Assembly (NCBI GenBank): GCA_964202565.1
Contig: CAXNJE010000001.1
Span: 315 to 64,314 of the forward strand
Direction of reading: 5' to 3'
DNA from: Breznakiellaceae bacterium
GTDB taxonomy: Bacteria > Spirochaetota > Spirochaetia > Treponematales > Breznakiellaceae
Length of the DNA: 64,000 nt
Shown: in pieces, positions 28,566-38,256 of the stretch
Layout: each line of letters begins with the position of its first letter
Position numbering within the stretch: the stretch's first letter is position 1
Notes under the pieces: model-generated
Seen by the model: the letters and a program-made list of their open reading frames with translations, nothing else
Told to the model about the DNA's origin: nothing
Databases searched by the model: none
Translations under genes and position numbers: made by a program

Positions 28566-28594
28566 TTGCGCGAAGGTAGGCTTTGCGTTATCAT
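28566..28594 (+). promoter_or_regulatory. candidate hprK promoter, leaderless geometry
   Basis: TTGCGC-17 nt-TATCAT, with the ATG at 28601 lying 6 nt after the -10 hexamer. Confidence 0.4.
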
Positions 28595-28600
28595 GACCCC

Positions 28601-29590
28601 ATGACCGGCAAGCGTTTTACCGTGCTGGACCTCATCGATATAGACTTGAAGGAACACAATTCCCTCGATCTCCGTTGCATCGGAGGCAGGAAGGGTTTGG
28701 CCCGGGAAATTTCGATTCCCGATCTCAATCGACCCGGATTGGCGCTGTCCGGTTTTTATGATTCATTTGCTTATCAGCGAATCCAGATTTTTGGGCGTGG
28801 CGAGGCTGCCTACCTGCGCATGCTCGCCTCGGAATCCAGGACGGAAACCATCGAGCGCATGTTCAGCTATGCGATTCCTTGCTGCATATTCACCCACAGC
28901 CTGACACCGGACCGCGGTTTTTTCGAGATGGCGGAGAGATCCCAGTGTCCCCTCCTGCAGACCGACCTCCCTTCGGCGGAATTCTCCTCCCGGGTTTTAC
29001 GGGTACTCTCCAACCTTTTCGCCCCCCAGAAAACCATGCACGGCGTGCTGGTCGAGGTCTACGGCATAGGCATCCTGATCCTGGGCGATTCCGGTGTCGG
29101 CAAGAGCGAGGCTGCCCTGGAGTTGATCGAACGCGGCCATCGCCTGGTAGCGGACGATGTGGTGGACATGCGCTGCGTAAACGGAAATATCCTGATGGGA
29201 GCAGGTGCCAACAAGATCATCGGCCATCACATGGAAATCCGCGGTCTCGGCATCATCAATATTACCCATTTATATGGAGTAGGCGCGATCCGCGACAAGA
29301 AGCAGGTGCAGCTTGTAGTCGAGCTGGAAGAATGGGATCCAGAGAAACTGTACGACCGGATCGGGACTCAGGAACAATATATGGAAATTTTGGGAGTGAA
29401 GATACCGCGTCTGGAAATTCCTGTAAAACCGGGACGGAACATCCCCATAATCATAGAAACCGCCGCCATGAACGAGAGGCTTAAGAAAATGGGTTACTTC
29501 TCCGCCAAGGAGTTCAATCAGAACGTCCTGAAATGGATAGAGAGCGACGCCGCCAGATCGGTTTACTTTGGCCAGGATGATATCATTTAG
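28601..29590 (+). CDS. hprK: HPr kinase/phosphorylase
   Basis: Walker A GDSGVGKSE and signature LVADD...GLGIINI. The start at ATG 28601 (MTGKRFTVLDL) is preferred over the upstream TTG. Confidence 0.85.
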   Translation: MTGKRFTVLDLIDIDLKEHNSLDLRCIGGRKGLAREISIPDLNRPGLALSGFYDSFAYQRIQIFGRGEAAYLRMLASESRTETIERMFSYAIPCCIFTHSLTPDRGFFEMAERSQCPLLQTDLPSAEFSSRVLRVLSNLFAPQKTMHGVLVEVYGIGILILGDSGVGKSEAALELIERGHRLVADDVVDMRCVNGNILMGAGANKIIGHHMEIRGLGIINITHLYGVGAIRDKKQVQLVVELEEWDPEKLYDRIGTQEQYMEILGVKIPRLEIPVKPGRNIPIIIETAAMNERLKKMGYFSAKEFNQNVLKWIESDAARSVYFGQDDII

Positions 29591-29610
29591 ATCATATTCA
29601 AGGAAGCGAA

Positions 29611-29877
29611 ATGATTGAACAGATGGTGAAAATCAAGAACAGAGCCGGTATCCATGCGCGCCCGGCCGCCCTGCTCGTGCAAACCGCGAGTCGTTTCAAA
29701 TCGAAAATCTTCATCGAGAGGGAGACGGACAGGATCAATGGCAAATCCATAATGGGTATCATCACCCTTGGTGCCGCCTATGAAACTCCCTTGAAACTAA
29801 TCGCGGAAGGGGAGGACGAAGCCGCTGCGATCGAAGCCTTGGTTCACCTGTTCGATTCGAAATTCGAAGAGGATTGA
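29611..29877 (+). CDS. ptsH: phosphocarrier protein HPr
   Basis: 88 aa with His-15 context GIHARPA and Ser-46 context NGKSIMG. Confidence 0.85.
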   Translation: MIEQMVKIKNRAGIHARPAALLVQTASRFKSKIFIERETDRINGKSIMGIITLGAAYETPLKLIAEGEDEAAAIEALVHLFDSKFEED

Positions 29878-29901
29878 TCATCGCATCAGGGGAAGTCCAG
29901 T

Positions 29902-31704
29902 ATGCGCACGGTACGCACCCGATCCGGAACCTCCCTTCTTGGACTTCCCACCCTATTTTTCATTTATCTTTTACTCGGTATTCTGGGTACCCTTTTTTCG
30001 TCCGCGTTTTTTGCCCAAGCTCTGGGTTCTGAACCCGGAGCAGGGCAATTCCTGATTGTCGTATTCATCAGCGTTCCCCTTGTATTGCTTGCCTTTCTCC
30101 TCCTTTCCACCTTCCGGCTGGTCCGTGATGTCGCCGCCCGAAGGCCGGGGGGGAAACTTCGGGCGCGCTTACTCATGTATTTTGTCACCGCTGCCGTCCT
30201 CTCGTCCGCGCCGTCTACAATAATCGCATCGCGCTTCGTGTCGGGCATTCTGGAATCCTGGAACTCCGCAGAAATTGGCGTCGCGCTCCAGGCTGCCCGC
30301 AATTTCGCCTTGGATTCGTATCGCTACCGCTTGTCCGTCCTTGAGCGTTCGGTAAAAAGCGGTACCATAGACCTGGCGGCGCAATTGGCGGATTCCGGCG
30401 ACCATGAAGCCGCGATGAAAGTATTGCAAGCCGAGGATGATGCCTTCGTAGCCGTACAGTCTTTCCATCTGGATGCAAGCGGGGCCTGGATTGAGGCATC
30501 CTACATCGGTGATATTCGATATGGCCTGAAAATCCCTCCGGGTTTCAAGTCGGGGTTCTTGCCCAGGGATCCCGTCCGGGACGGGGACACCATCCGGTAT
30601 ATTTCCGCGAGTGGAAGGAATATCCTCCGTGTCGCTTGTTTCTCGCTCGGAGCAGGGTTCGATGACGCCAATGCCAGAATTGAAAAAGCAGCGGAGAAGA
30701 CCCTTGCCGTGGATAATCTGCACCCTACCCTCTCGACAATCCTTATCCTTCTTTACGCTGCTTTTTCCCTGCCCACCTTGCTTATGACCGTCATCATCGC
30801 CTTCTCCCTCAGCGAGATGGTGACCCTGCCCATAGTGAGCCTGGCCGATGCGACCCGACGTGTTGCCGAAGGCGATTTTTCCATCCGCATTCTTGCCCGC
30901 CCCGGAGACGAACTGGGACATTTGATCAGTTCTTTCAATGCAATGGTGAGCGAATTGGAAAACTCACGCATTGCTTTGCTGAGGACAGAGAAAATAAACG
31001 TTTGGCAGGATATTGCCCAAAGGCTGGCGCATGAGATAAAAAATCCCCTGACACCGATAAAACTTTCCGCAGAACGCATCCTGCGGCGCTTGAAGACCGA
31101 TCCAAGCGGACTCGAAGAGATCCTGGAGCCTTCCATGATGGCCATCGTACAGGAAGTGGACGGCCTTTCCACGCTGCTTACCGAGTTCAGGACCTTTGCG
31201 CGCCTGCCACCACCCTCGCTCGAACGTTCAAAACTACGTAAAATCATTGAGGATGCGGCTGCGGTGTACCAGACATCCTACCCGGAAATTGTGTTCAAGT
31301 ACGAAACCGTCGATCCCGAGCTGACCCTGGAAGTGGATCGGCGTCATATCTCGCAGGTATTGTCGAATCTGATCGTAAATGCGGTGGACGCCATGGAAGG
31401 CCACGGCATACTGGAATTCCGGGCCGAGCTTGTCAAAAAAAGGGATAGCCGCTATTGTAGATTGAGCGTTCGCGATAACGGTAAGGGGATACCGGAAGAG
31501 GATAGGGCGCTGATATTCAACCCGTATTTTACCACCAAGGAAACAGGCACAGGGCTCGGTCTCTCGATCGTCGAGCGTATTGTAAACGACCACGGTGGAA
31601 CGATTTGGTTGGATTCCGCGCCCGGTGTCGGAACAAGCTTCTATATCGATCTCCCCATAGACCGGAACGCGGCACCGCGCAGCGAAGGTGCGAGGAATCA
31701 ATGA
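29902..31704 (+). CDS. membrane sensor histidine kinase (NtrY-like: TM segments, HAMP, HisKA, HATPase)
   Basis: H-box LAHEIKNPLTPI, N-box NLIVNAVDA and G-box GTGLGLSIV. Several N-terminal TM helices. Confidence 0.8.
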   Translation: MRTVRTRSGTSLLGLPTLFFIYLLLGILGTLFSSAFFAQALGSEPGAGQFLIVVFISVPLVLLAFLLLSTFRLVRDVAARRPGGKLRARLLMYFVTAAVLSSAPSTIIASRFVSGILESWNSAEIGVALQAARNFALDSYRYRLSVLERSVKSGTIDLAAQLADSGDHEAAMKVLQAEDDAFVAVQSFHLDASGAWIEASYIGDIRYGLKIPPGFKSGFLPRDPVRDGDTIRYISASGRNILRVACFSLGAGFDDANARIEKAAEKTLAVDNLHPTLSTILILLYAAFSLPTLLMTVIIAFSLSEMVTLPIVSLADATRRVAEGDFSIRILARPGDELGHLISSFNAMVSELENSRIALLRTEKINVWQDIAQRLAHEIKNPLTPIKLSAERILRRLKTDPSGLEEILEPSMMAIVQEVDGLSTLLTEFRTFARLPPPSLERSKLRKIIEDAAAVYQTSYPEIVFKYETVDPELTLEVDRRHISQVLSNLIVNAVDAMEGHGILEFRAELVKKRDSRYCRLSVRDNGKGIPEEDRALIFNPYFTTKETGTGLGLSIVERIVNDHGGTIWLDSAPGVGTSFYIDLPIDRNAAPRSEGARNQ

Positions 31705-33110
31705 ACCAAGTCCTGGTGATCGACGACGAGCCCGGCATACGTACCGCCCTTCGTTCGATCCTTGAAGATGAAAAATATAAAGTCCATACCGCTGAAGATG
31801 CTTTGGAGGGTCTTGCGCTACTCGAACGCCTGAATGTGGATCTGGTGTTTCTGGACGTCTGGCTGCCACGTCTTGGGGGCATGGAAGCCCTGGAACGCAT
31901 CCATTCTGCCTGGCCCGAACTCGAGGTCGTGATCATTTCCGGGCACGCCAACGTGGATATGGCGGTTCGGGCTGTCAAACTGGGGGCCTTCGATTTTCTG
32001 GAGAAACCCCTATCATTGGATAAGGTGCTCACCGTCACCCGGAATGCATTGGCCATGCGGAAGCTCCGTGTAGAGAATACGGGCCTGAAGCGGGTTTTGG
32101 GCGGCGATTCCATCATCGGAACCAGCCCCGGCATAGAACGGGTGCGGGCGATGATAGAGCAGGCTGCCTCCACCGAAGCCCGTATCCTCATCATGGGCGA
32201 AAATGGTACCGGCAAGGAATTGGTGGCCCGCGACATACACCGGCGTTCCAGCCGGGCGGACCGGGCCTTCGTGGAAGTTAATTGTGCGGCCATACCGGAT
32301 ACCCTGATAGAGAGCGAGTTGTTCGGACACGAAAAAGGCGCCTTTACCGATGCTGTTGCCGGGCGAAAGGGCCGTTTCGAGCTGGCCCATAAGGGGACGC
32401 TTTTCTTGGACGAAATTGGCGATATGTCACTTTCCGCCCAATCGAAGGTGCTTCGGGCCATCCAGGAGCTCAAGATAGAACGTCTGGGTGGTGAACGCTC
32501 CATAGATGTGGATGTCAGGCTGGTGACCGCGACGAATCGGGATCTGCCCGCCGAGGTGCGAGCCGGCCGTTTCAGGGAAGACCTCTATTTTCGCCTCAAC
32601 GTCATCCCCATCACCATGCCTCCCCTGCGGGAGCGGACAGATGATATCCCCGCCTTGGCGCTACACTTTCTTAAGAGCTTCGGAGCGGACAGTACGAGCC
32701 TGGACGACGAGGCCATCGCATTCCTCAAGTTGTACCGTTGGCCGGGCAATATCCGGGAGTTGAAAAATTTGATGGAACGGATTTCAGTCATGTGCGATGA
32801 CGACCGTATCGGTGTGGAAGCGATTTCGGGTTTGCTGGAGCGTAGCGGTAAGATCTTTGGCGCTCCCCGCCCCGTTCAGCCATCGGCTTTCGGTTCCGAT
32901 TCCGCTGAAACCGGGGTTTCCTTGGGAAATCCTGCAGACTTTTTGTCGATAAGTTTCAATGATGCAAGGGATTTATTCGAAAAGCGATATATTGAACAAA
33001 AATTCCTGGAAAACGGGTATAATATTTCACGTACGGCGGAGGCGATAGGTTTGTATCCAAGCAATCTCCACGCAAAACTCAAGAAGCACGGAATAAGGTC
33101 GGAAAGATGA
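31701..33110 (+). CDS. sigma-54-dependent response regulator (NtrC/NtrX family)
   Basis: The ATG at 31701 overlaps the kinase stop. Receiver domain (VLVIDDEPG...DVWLP), AAA+ Walker A GENGTGKE, GAFTGA-like GAFTDA, and a C-terminal Fis-type HTH. Confidence 0.85.
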   Translation: MNQVLVIDDEPGIRTALRSILEDEKYKVHTAEDALEGLALLERLNVDLVFLDVWLPRLGGMEALERIHSAWPELEVVIISGHANVDMAVRAVKLGAFDFLEKPLSLDKVLTVTRNALAMRKLRVENTGLKRVLGGDSIIGTSPGIERVRAMIEQAASTEARILIMGENGTGKELVARDIHRRSSRADRAFVEVNCAAIPDTLIESELFGHEKGAFTDAVAGRKGRFELAHKGTLFLDEIGDMSLSAQSKVLRAIQELKIERLGGERSIDVDVRLVTATNRDLPAEVRAGRFREDLYFRLNVIPITMPPLRERTDDIPALALHFLKSFGADSTSLDDEAIAFLKLYRWPGNIRELKNLMERISVMCDDDRIGVEAISGLLERSGKIFGAPRPVQPSAFGSDSAETGVSLGNPADFLSISFNDARDLFEKRYIEQKFLENGYNISRTAEAIGLYPSNLHAKLKKHGIRSER

Positions 33111-33721
33111 GAGAGCTCACGGAACGGCAACGGGAAGTGTTGTCCTTCATCACGATGTACATCTCCAAGCATGCGTACCCCCCAACCATCAGGGAAGTCG
33201 CGGACCACTTCTCCATTTCGGTCAAAGGCGCCTACGACCATCTGGGTGCCTTGAAGAAGAAAAATCGTTTGCGCTACGGCGACAAACGTTCGCGCACGAT
33301 GGAGGTCATCAAGCGCGACGAGGATGGCAGTAGCGAAAACGCTACCGTCTCTGTCCCGGTCCTCGGCGAAGTCGCAGCCGGCAAGCCCATACTCTCGGAG
33401 GAGAACTGGGATGGGACAGTCCCGGTGCCCCTCTCGCTACTGCGCAAGGGTGGTTCCTATTTTGCCCTGCGCGTCCGGGGCGATTCCATGGAACGGGCGG
33501 GCATAATCGATGGCGACCTGGCGGTGATCGAGAAAAAGGATGTCGCCCGCGACGGCGAGATAGTCGTGGCGGTAGTGGACGAGGCGGTCACCCTCAAGCG
33601 CTTTTTCAAGGAAAGTTCCCGAATCCGTCTTCAGGCCGAAAACCCGGTGTATTCGCCCATTTACTGCAGGGAAGTCCGAATCCTGGGTAAGCTTGCCTGC
33701 CTGCTCAGGCGTTACGCGTAA
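33107..33721 (+). CDS. lexA: LexA repressor
   Basis: wHTH N-terminus, cleavage site VAAGKP, and catalytic Ser (GDSM) and Lys (TLKRF). The start overlaps the stop of the sigma-54 activator (ATGA). Confidence 0.85.
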   Translation: MRELTERQREVLSFITMYISKHAYPPTIREVADHFSISVKGAYDHLGALKKKNRLRYGDKRSRTMEVIKRDEDGSSENATVSVPVLGEVAAGKPILSEENWDGTVPVPLSLLRKGGSYFALRVRGDSMERAGIIDGDLAVIEKKDVARDGEIVVAVVDEAVTLKRFFKESSRIRLQAENPVYSPIYCREVRILGKLACLLRRYA

Positions 33722-33729
33722 GGTTGCCC

Positions 33730-34731
33730 ATGGCGAAGGGACGCAATTATCTCTATACCGGTCCAGAAATTGGTGAGCGCAACGATGCACTCCAAGCATT
33801 GCGGAAAGCCTTGGCGAAGGCTGCCGGTTTCCCGCCGGAGGAACATTCCTTTTATTGCGGTGAAACGAGGATGGGTGATGTGGCATCCCTGCTGCGCAAT
33901 GCGTCCCTTTTCTGTGAGCAACGCCTTGTGCTGCTCAAGAACGCCGAGCTCATCAAGAAGAAAGAAGACGTGGACCTGCTCTGCGACTATCTTGCAGCCC
34001 CTGCCGACGATACCGTTCTGGTCCTGCTATCCGACGAGATTTCGGTGGATAAGAAGATAGATGCCGCCATACCAAAGGATTCCAGACGCATTTTCTGGGA
34101 ACTATTCGAAGATAGAAAAACCGAGTGGGTGGGAGCCTTTTTCAGGCGGGAAGGGTATCGCATCAGTCCGGATGCGATCGAGAGTATTCTGGAATTGGTG
34201 GAGAACAATACAGATGCCCTCAGGCGTGAATGCGGCCGTTTGTTGCCCTTCCTGAAAAAAGAGCTGGTGATCGAAGAATCCGAGATCGAGAATTTGCTGG
34301 CCCATACCCGTGAGGAATCGGCTTTTTCCCTTTTTGCACGTATTGCCGAGGGTGAGCTGGCCAAGGCCCTTGAAACCGTCCGTTCCCTGTTGGCCGCCAA
34401 AGAGGTGCCTGTACAAATACTCGCGGGCCTGCTCTGGTGTTTCAGGCGTCTGGGCGATTATATCGCCTTGGTGGAATCCGGACGGCTGAACGATTTCGAG
34501 CTGAAAAAAGCCGGTCTCAGCTCGAAAAAAGCCCAGAGGGATTATGTCGCCGCGGCAAAACGCTACTCGGCACAGGATGTGGAGCTTTGCATATCCCTGC
34601 TGGCCAAATACGACATTCAGTTCCGGTCCTCTGGTTCCGGAGTGGAGGATATCCTGATGGACACCCTCGTCTACGCACTTTTGGTCGGGCGTGGAAAGGC
34701 CCTGGAACGGGCTTCCTACGCCGACGCCTGA
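33730..34731 (+). CDS. holA: DNA polymerase III delta subunit
   Basis: HolA-like N-terminus (YLYTGPE...SLF...RLVLLKNAE). ATG at 33730; the in-frame TTG at 33724 is also possible. Confidence 0.7.
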   Translation: MAKGRNYLYTGPEIGERNDALQALRKALAKAAGFPPEEHSFYCGETRMGDVASLLRNASLFCEQRLVLLKNAELIKKKEDVDLLCDYLAAPADDTVLVLLSDEISVDKKIDAAIPKDSRRIFWELFEDRKTEWVGAFFRREGYRISPDAIESILELVENNTDALRRECGRLLPFLKKELVIEESEIENLLAHTREESAFSLFARIAEGELAKALETVRSLLAAKEVPVQILAGLLWCFRRLGDYIALVESGRLNDFELKKAGLSSKKAQRDYVAAAKRYSAQDVELCISLLAKYDIQFRSSGSGVEDILMDTLVYALLVGRGKALERASYADA

Positions 34732-34742
34732 GGTTTTTTCAA

Positions 34743-36053
34743 CTACAGCACCTCGTATATGCCGCATTTCAGGTACAGCGACTCGTCGTAACCCAACAGA
34801 ATGGGGTGGTCGGGAGACTGATAGGTAAAGGTTACGAGTCGGAGCCGTTTTTCGGCATCCATGGCGGCGTGGTTTATCATGGATTTAAAACGGTTCTCGC
34901 CAAGGGCATGGCTACACGAACAGCTTACCAAAATTCCTCCCTTGTCCAGCAGGCGAAGGGCGCGGCTGTTTATTTCACGGTATCCCCTCAGCGCATCGTC
35001 CAGGTTGGTCCGTGATTTTGCGAAGGCCGGCGGGTCCAGCACGATCAGGTCGAAGCGCTCCTTCGCCCGGTCGGCGGAACGCAGGTAATCGAAGATATCA
35101 TCCTTGACGCACTGAATTAGCGGGCTTACCCCGTTCAGGGCGGCGTTCTGCATTACGGCTGCCAGCGCATGGGCGGAGGAATCCAGCGCAGTGACGGCGA
35201 CAGCCCCTGCATGGGCTGCATTGATCGCAAAGCCGCCTGTATGACAGCAGGCGTCCAGCATCCGCTTGCCCCCGGCGAAGCGTGCCGCAAGGGCCCTGTT
35301 GAATTTCTGGTCCAAAAAATGGCCGGTCTTTTGACCGCCCAGCAGATCTACAGCAAAGGATAGACCATTCTCGCGGATGATTATGCCCTTTTCGGGATAG
35401 GATCCCGAAATCAGGCCCGAGCGGAGCGGCAAGCCTTCCAGTTCCCGGACAGGGGCGTCGTCCCGTTCGATCAGACCTTCCGGTTTCCCCAGGAACCCCG
35501 TTTCCGTTTCAGCCGCATCGGCTCCGGCCTTTGGTGTCGCCTTGGCCGAAGCCAGCACCTCTTCCAGGGCTGTCAGGATTTCTTCCTTCCGGGCGTCCAT
35601 GCCCCAGGCCAGAAACTGCACCGAAAGCCAGGAAAGGGCAGGGCTGTCCCTGTTATCCACCGGTGTGCCGACATACCGGTCCACAATCAGGCCGGGCAGG
35701 AAATCGGCTTCCGCAAAAACGAGTCGGGCGGATTCGGTGGAAAGGTCGAAATCCCTGCGCCGCCGTTCTATGGCTTCCCGAATACGACGTTTGAAGAAAC
35801 CCGTATCCATGCCTTCCTTGGAGGGCGAGAATATTCGGGCCCGTATCTTGGAATGGGGATTCACGATAGCCCTGCCCAGGTACTCTTTGCGGGAACTTTC
35901 CACTTCCGCCAGGTCGCCGGGTTCCAAGACCGCAGGGCTTGCTTTCTCCCGTGGTCCTGGACCCATGACCGAAGCTATCTCGTTATCGTATACCCAGGGA
36001 TGGCCGGACTTTATCCTCGCTTCCTCTCCCTGCTTCAATATGATGCGGTTCAT
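34743..36053 (-). CDS. rlmI: class I SAM-dependent 23S rRNA m5C methyltransferase (RlmI-like, PUA domain)
   Basis: N-terminal PUA-like GHPWVYDNEI, SAM motif LDACCHTGGF, and catalytic LDPPAF...SCSC. Confidence 0.8.
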   Translation of the reverse strand: MNRIILKQGEEARIKSGHPWVYDNEIASVMGPGPREKASPAVLEPGDLAEVESSRKEYLGRAIVNPHSKIRARIFSPSKEGMDTGFFKRRIREAIERRRRDFDLSTESARLVFAEADFLPGLIVDRYVGTPVDNRDSPALSWLSVQFLAWGMDARKEEILTALEEVLASAKATPKAGADAAETETGFLGKPEGLIERDDAPVRELEGLPLRSGLISGSYPEKGIIIRENGLSFAVDLLGGQKTGHFLDQKFNRALAARFAGGKRMLDACCHTGGFAINAAHAGAVAVTALDSSAHALAAVMQNAALNGVSPLIQCVKDDIFDYLRSADRAKERFDLIVLDPPAFAKSRTNLDDALRGYREINSRALRLLDKGGILVSCSCSHALGENRFKSMINHAAMDAEKRLRLVTFTYQSPDHPILLGYDESLYLKCGIYEVL

Positions 36054-36085
36054 GGTGCTCCTTGTTCTTTGCTGGTGCTACGTTC

Positions 36086-38254
36086 CTATTCTTTTGCGTT
36101 TGGAGGCCTGCGCCTGACTATGAATTCCTGCTTGGGCGCGTGTCTGGCGGCTTCGACCCCTTCCTTGACGGCTTCGTAGAGGCGTTCCTGGGCGCGGAAC
36201 GGTTCTTCGCCCTCAGGAGCATGTGCGAGGGTCCAGATGCCATCCGACCCGAGGGTACGGGCCCGGGAATCGTCCCGGAACCAGGTATCCAGGATATCGC
36301 CAATGCGCTTTTTCAGATCCTCATTCAATATGGGGAACATCAACTCTATCCTGCGCTCCAAATTGCGAGGCATCCAATCGGCGCTGGAAAGGAATAACTC
36401 TTCCGCGCCTCCGTTGGAGAATCGGAAAATCCTGGCGTGCTCCAGATAGCGGTCAATGATGCTCACCACCTGTATGTTTTCGGACATTCCGGGAACTCCG
36501 GGTATGAGCATGCAAATTCCGCGTATGTTCAGCCTGATTTTGACGCCGGCCCTGGACGCCCGGTACAGGGCGTCTATCACCTCGACATCCGCCAGGGAAT
36601 TCATTTTGGCGATGATCGAGCCTGGATACTCCTGGCTGGATCGTTTTGTTTCCCTTTCGATCAAGGCGATTATCCGGTGCTTCAATTCCGTTGGCGCTAT
36701 CACGAGCTTGCGCATATTCTGTACGGCCGAATAGCCGGTAACGATATTGAAGAAAATGTTGGTCTCGTAGGCTATTTCATCATTGGCGGTGATGATTCCC
36801 AGGTCGCCGTACAGGCGGGCGGTTTTATCGTTGTAATTCCCTGTCGACAGATGAACATAGCGCTTGACACCCTCCGCTTCCCGTCGGATGACGATGCAGG
36901 CCTTCGCGTGTACTTTGAGTCTGGCAATACCGTAAACCACGATGGCCCCGGCCTGCTCGAGTTGGGCTGCCCAGGCGATATTGCGGCTTTCGTCGAAGCG
37001 GGCTTTAAGTTCCACCAGAACCGTAACCTGCTTGCCATTCCTGGCAGCCAACTCCAAGGCCTTGATGATGGGCGAATCACCGCTGGTACGGTAGAGGGTA
37101 GCTTTTATCGCAAGAACGTGCGGATCTTTGGCAGCGTCGGAAAAGAAACGGATGACGGGTTCAAAGGACTCATACGGCAGGTGCAGGAGGATGTCCTGTG
37201 TTTTGATACGGTCCCAGAGTGGTTCATCTTCCGGCAGATCGGCGGGCCACCAGTTTTTCCAAGGTTTTTCCCGTAGGTAGTCGAAGCCCTTGGCCTGGCT
37301 CAGATCCATGAGGCTTCTCAGGTCTATGGGTCCCGGCATCGAATAGACGTCGTTCGGCTGCAAGCCCAGGCGCTTGCTTATTTCCCGTTCCAGAAGCGGG
37401 CTATCCGTGGAGATGGTTAGCCGCACCGGATGGGATTGCTCCCGTCCCACAAGGACTTCCTCCATGGCTTCCACAAAATCCTCGTCCCGTTCCTCGTCAA
37501 CGGAAAAATCGGCATCCCGGGTGACCTTGAAAAGGGTGGCTTCCTTGATCGTCCACCCGGGGAAAAGGCGGAAACCCCAAGTCATTACCACGTCATCCAG
37601 TAAAGTAAAGCAGGTTTTACCGCTCTCCTCGTGGGGTAACCATACGATCCTGTCCAGGTTAGGGGGGATCTGGACCACTGCAAGGCGTTTTGAGCCGCAA
37701 TCGGCAGCAAGGTCCTTTGCGACGGGACCGCAGGCGTCCGCGTCGTTGGGCTCGATAAGGAAGGCCGCGTTCATGCGCAGGTTGCCGGAGGAAGGGAATT
37801 GGGCGTTATCGTCTACCCGAAGTGGTGTAAGCACCGGAAAGACTTCCGTTATGAAAAGGTTTTCCAGGTACCGTTGCTGGCGTGCCGTGTACGAACCCGG
37901 GCGTACCAGTTCAAGCCCTTCCTTGGCCAAAGTAGGCAGCAACTCGTTCATGAGGCAGTCGTATTGTTGGCGCACTATCTGGCGGATGCGGTGGGATGCC
38001 GCTTTCAGCTGTTCGGAGGGTTTTAGACCTGAAGGATCAGCCCCGACTCCCGCACGATCGGCGCGCTTCAGGGCAGCGATCCGGACCATAAAGAATTCAT
38101 CAAAATTGGAGCTGACTATGGACAGGAATTTCAGGCGTTCCAGAGGGGGTAGTTCCGGCCTGAGCCCTTCTTCCAGCACGCGGGCGTTGAATTCGATCCA
38201 GGAAAGATCCCGGTTGAAATATCTTGCTTCCTGTTTTACCATCGCGACTGCCAT
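36086..38254 (-). CDS. ppk: polyphosphate kinase 1
   Basis: 722 aa with N-terminus YFNRDLSWIEFNARVLEE, autophosphorylation His context LKVHAKACIV, and two PLD-like domains. Confidence 0.9.
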   Translation of the reverse strand: MAVAMVKQEARYFNRDLSWIEFNARVLEEGLRPELPPLERLKFLSIVSSNFDEFFMVRIAALKRADRAGVGADPSGLKPSEQLKAASHRIRQIVRQQYDCLMNELLPTLAKEGLELVRPGSYTARQQRYLENLFITEVFPVLTPLRVDDNAQFPSSGNLRMNAAFLIEPNDADACGPVAKDLAADCGSKRLAVVQIPPNLDRIVWLPHEESGKTCFTLLDDVVMTWGFRLFPGWTIKEATLFKVTRDADFSVDEERDEDFVEAMEEVLVGREQSHPVRLTISTDSPLLEREISKRLGLQPNDVYSMPGPIDLRSLMDLSQAKGFDYLREKPWKNWWPADLPEDEPLWDRIKTQDILLHLPYESFEPVIRFFSDAAKDPHVLAIKATLYRTSGDSPIIKALELAARNGKQVTVLVELKARFDESRNIAWAAQLEQAGAIVVYGIARLKVHAKACIVIRREAEGVKRYVHLSTGNYNDKTARLYGDLGIITANDEIAYETNIFFNIVTGYSAVQNMRKLVIAPTELKHRIIALIERETKRSSQEYPGSIIAKMNSLADVEVIDALYRASRAGVKIRLNIRGICMLIPGVPGMSENIQVVSIIDRYLEHARIFRFSNGGAEELFLSSADWMPRNLERRIELMFPILNEDLKKRIGDILDTWFRDDSRARTLGSDGIWTLAHAPEGEEPFRAQERLYEAVKEGVEAARHAPKQEFIVRRRPPNAKE

Positions 38255-38256
38255 CC

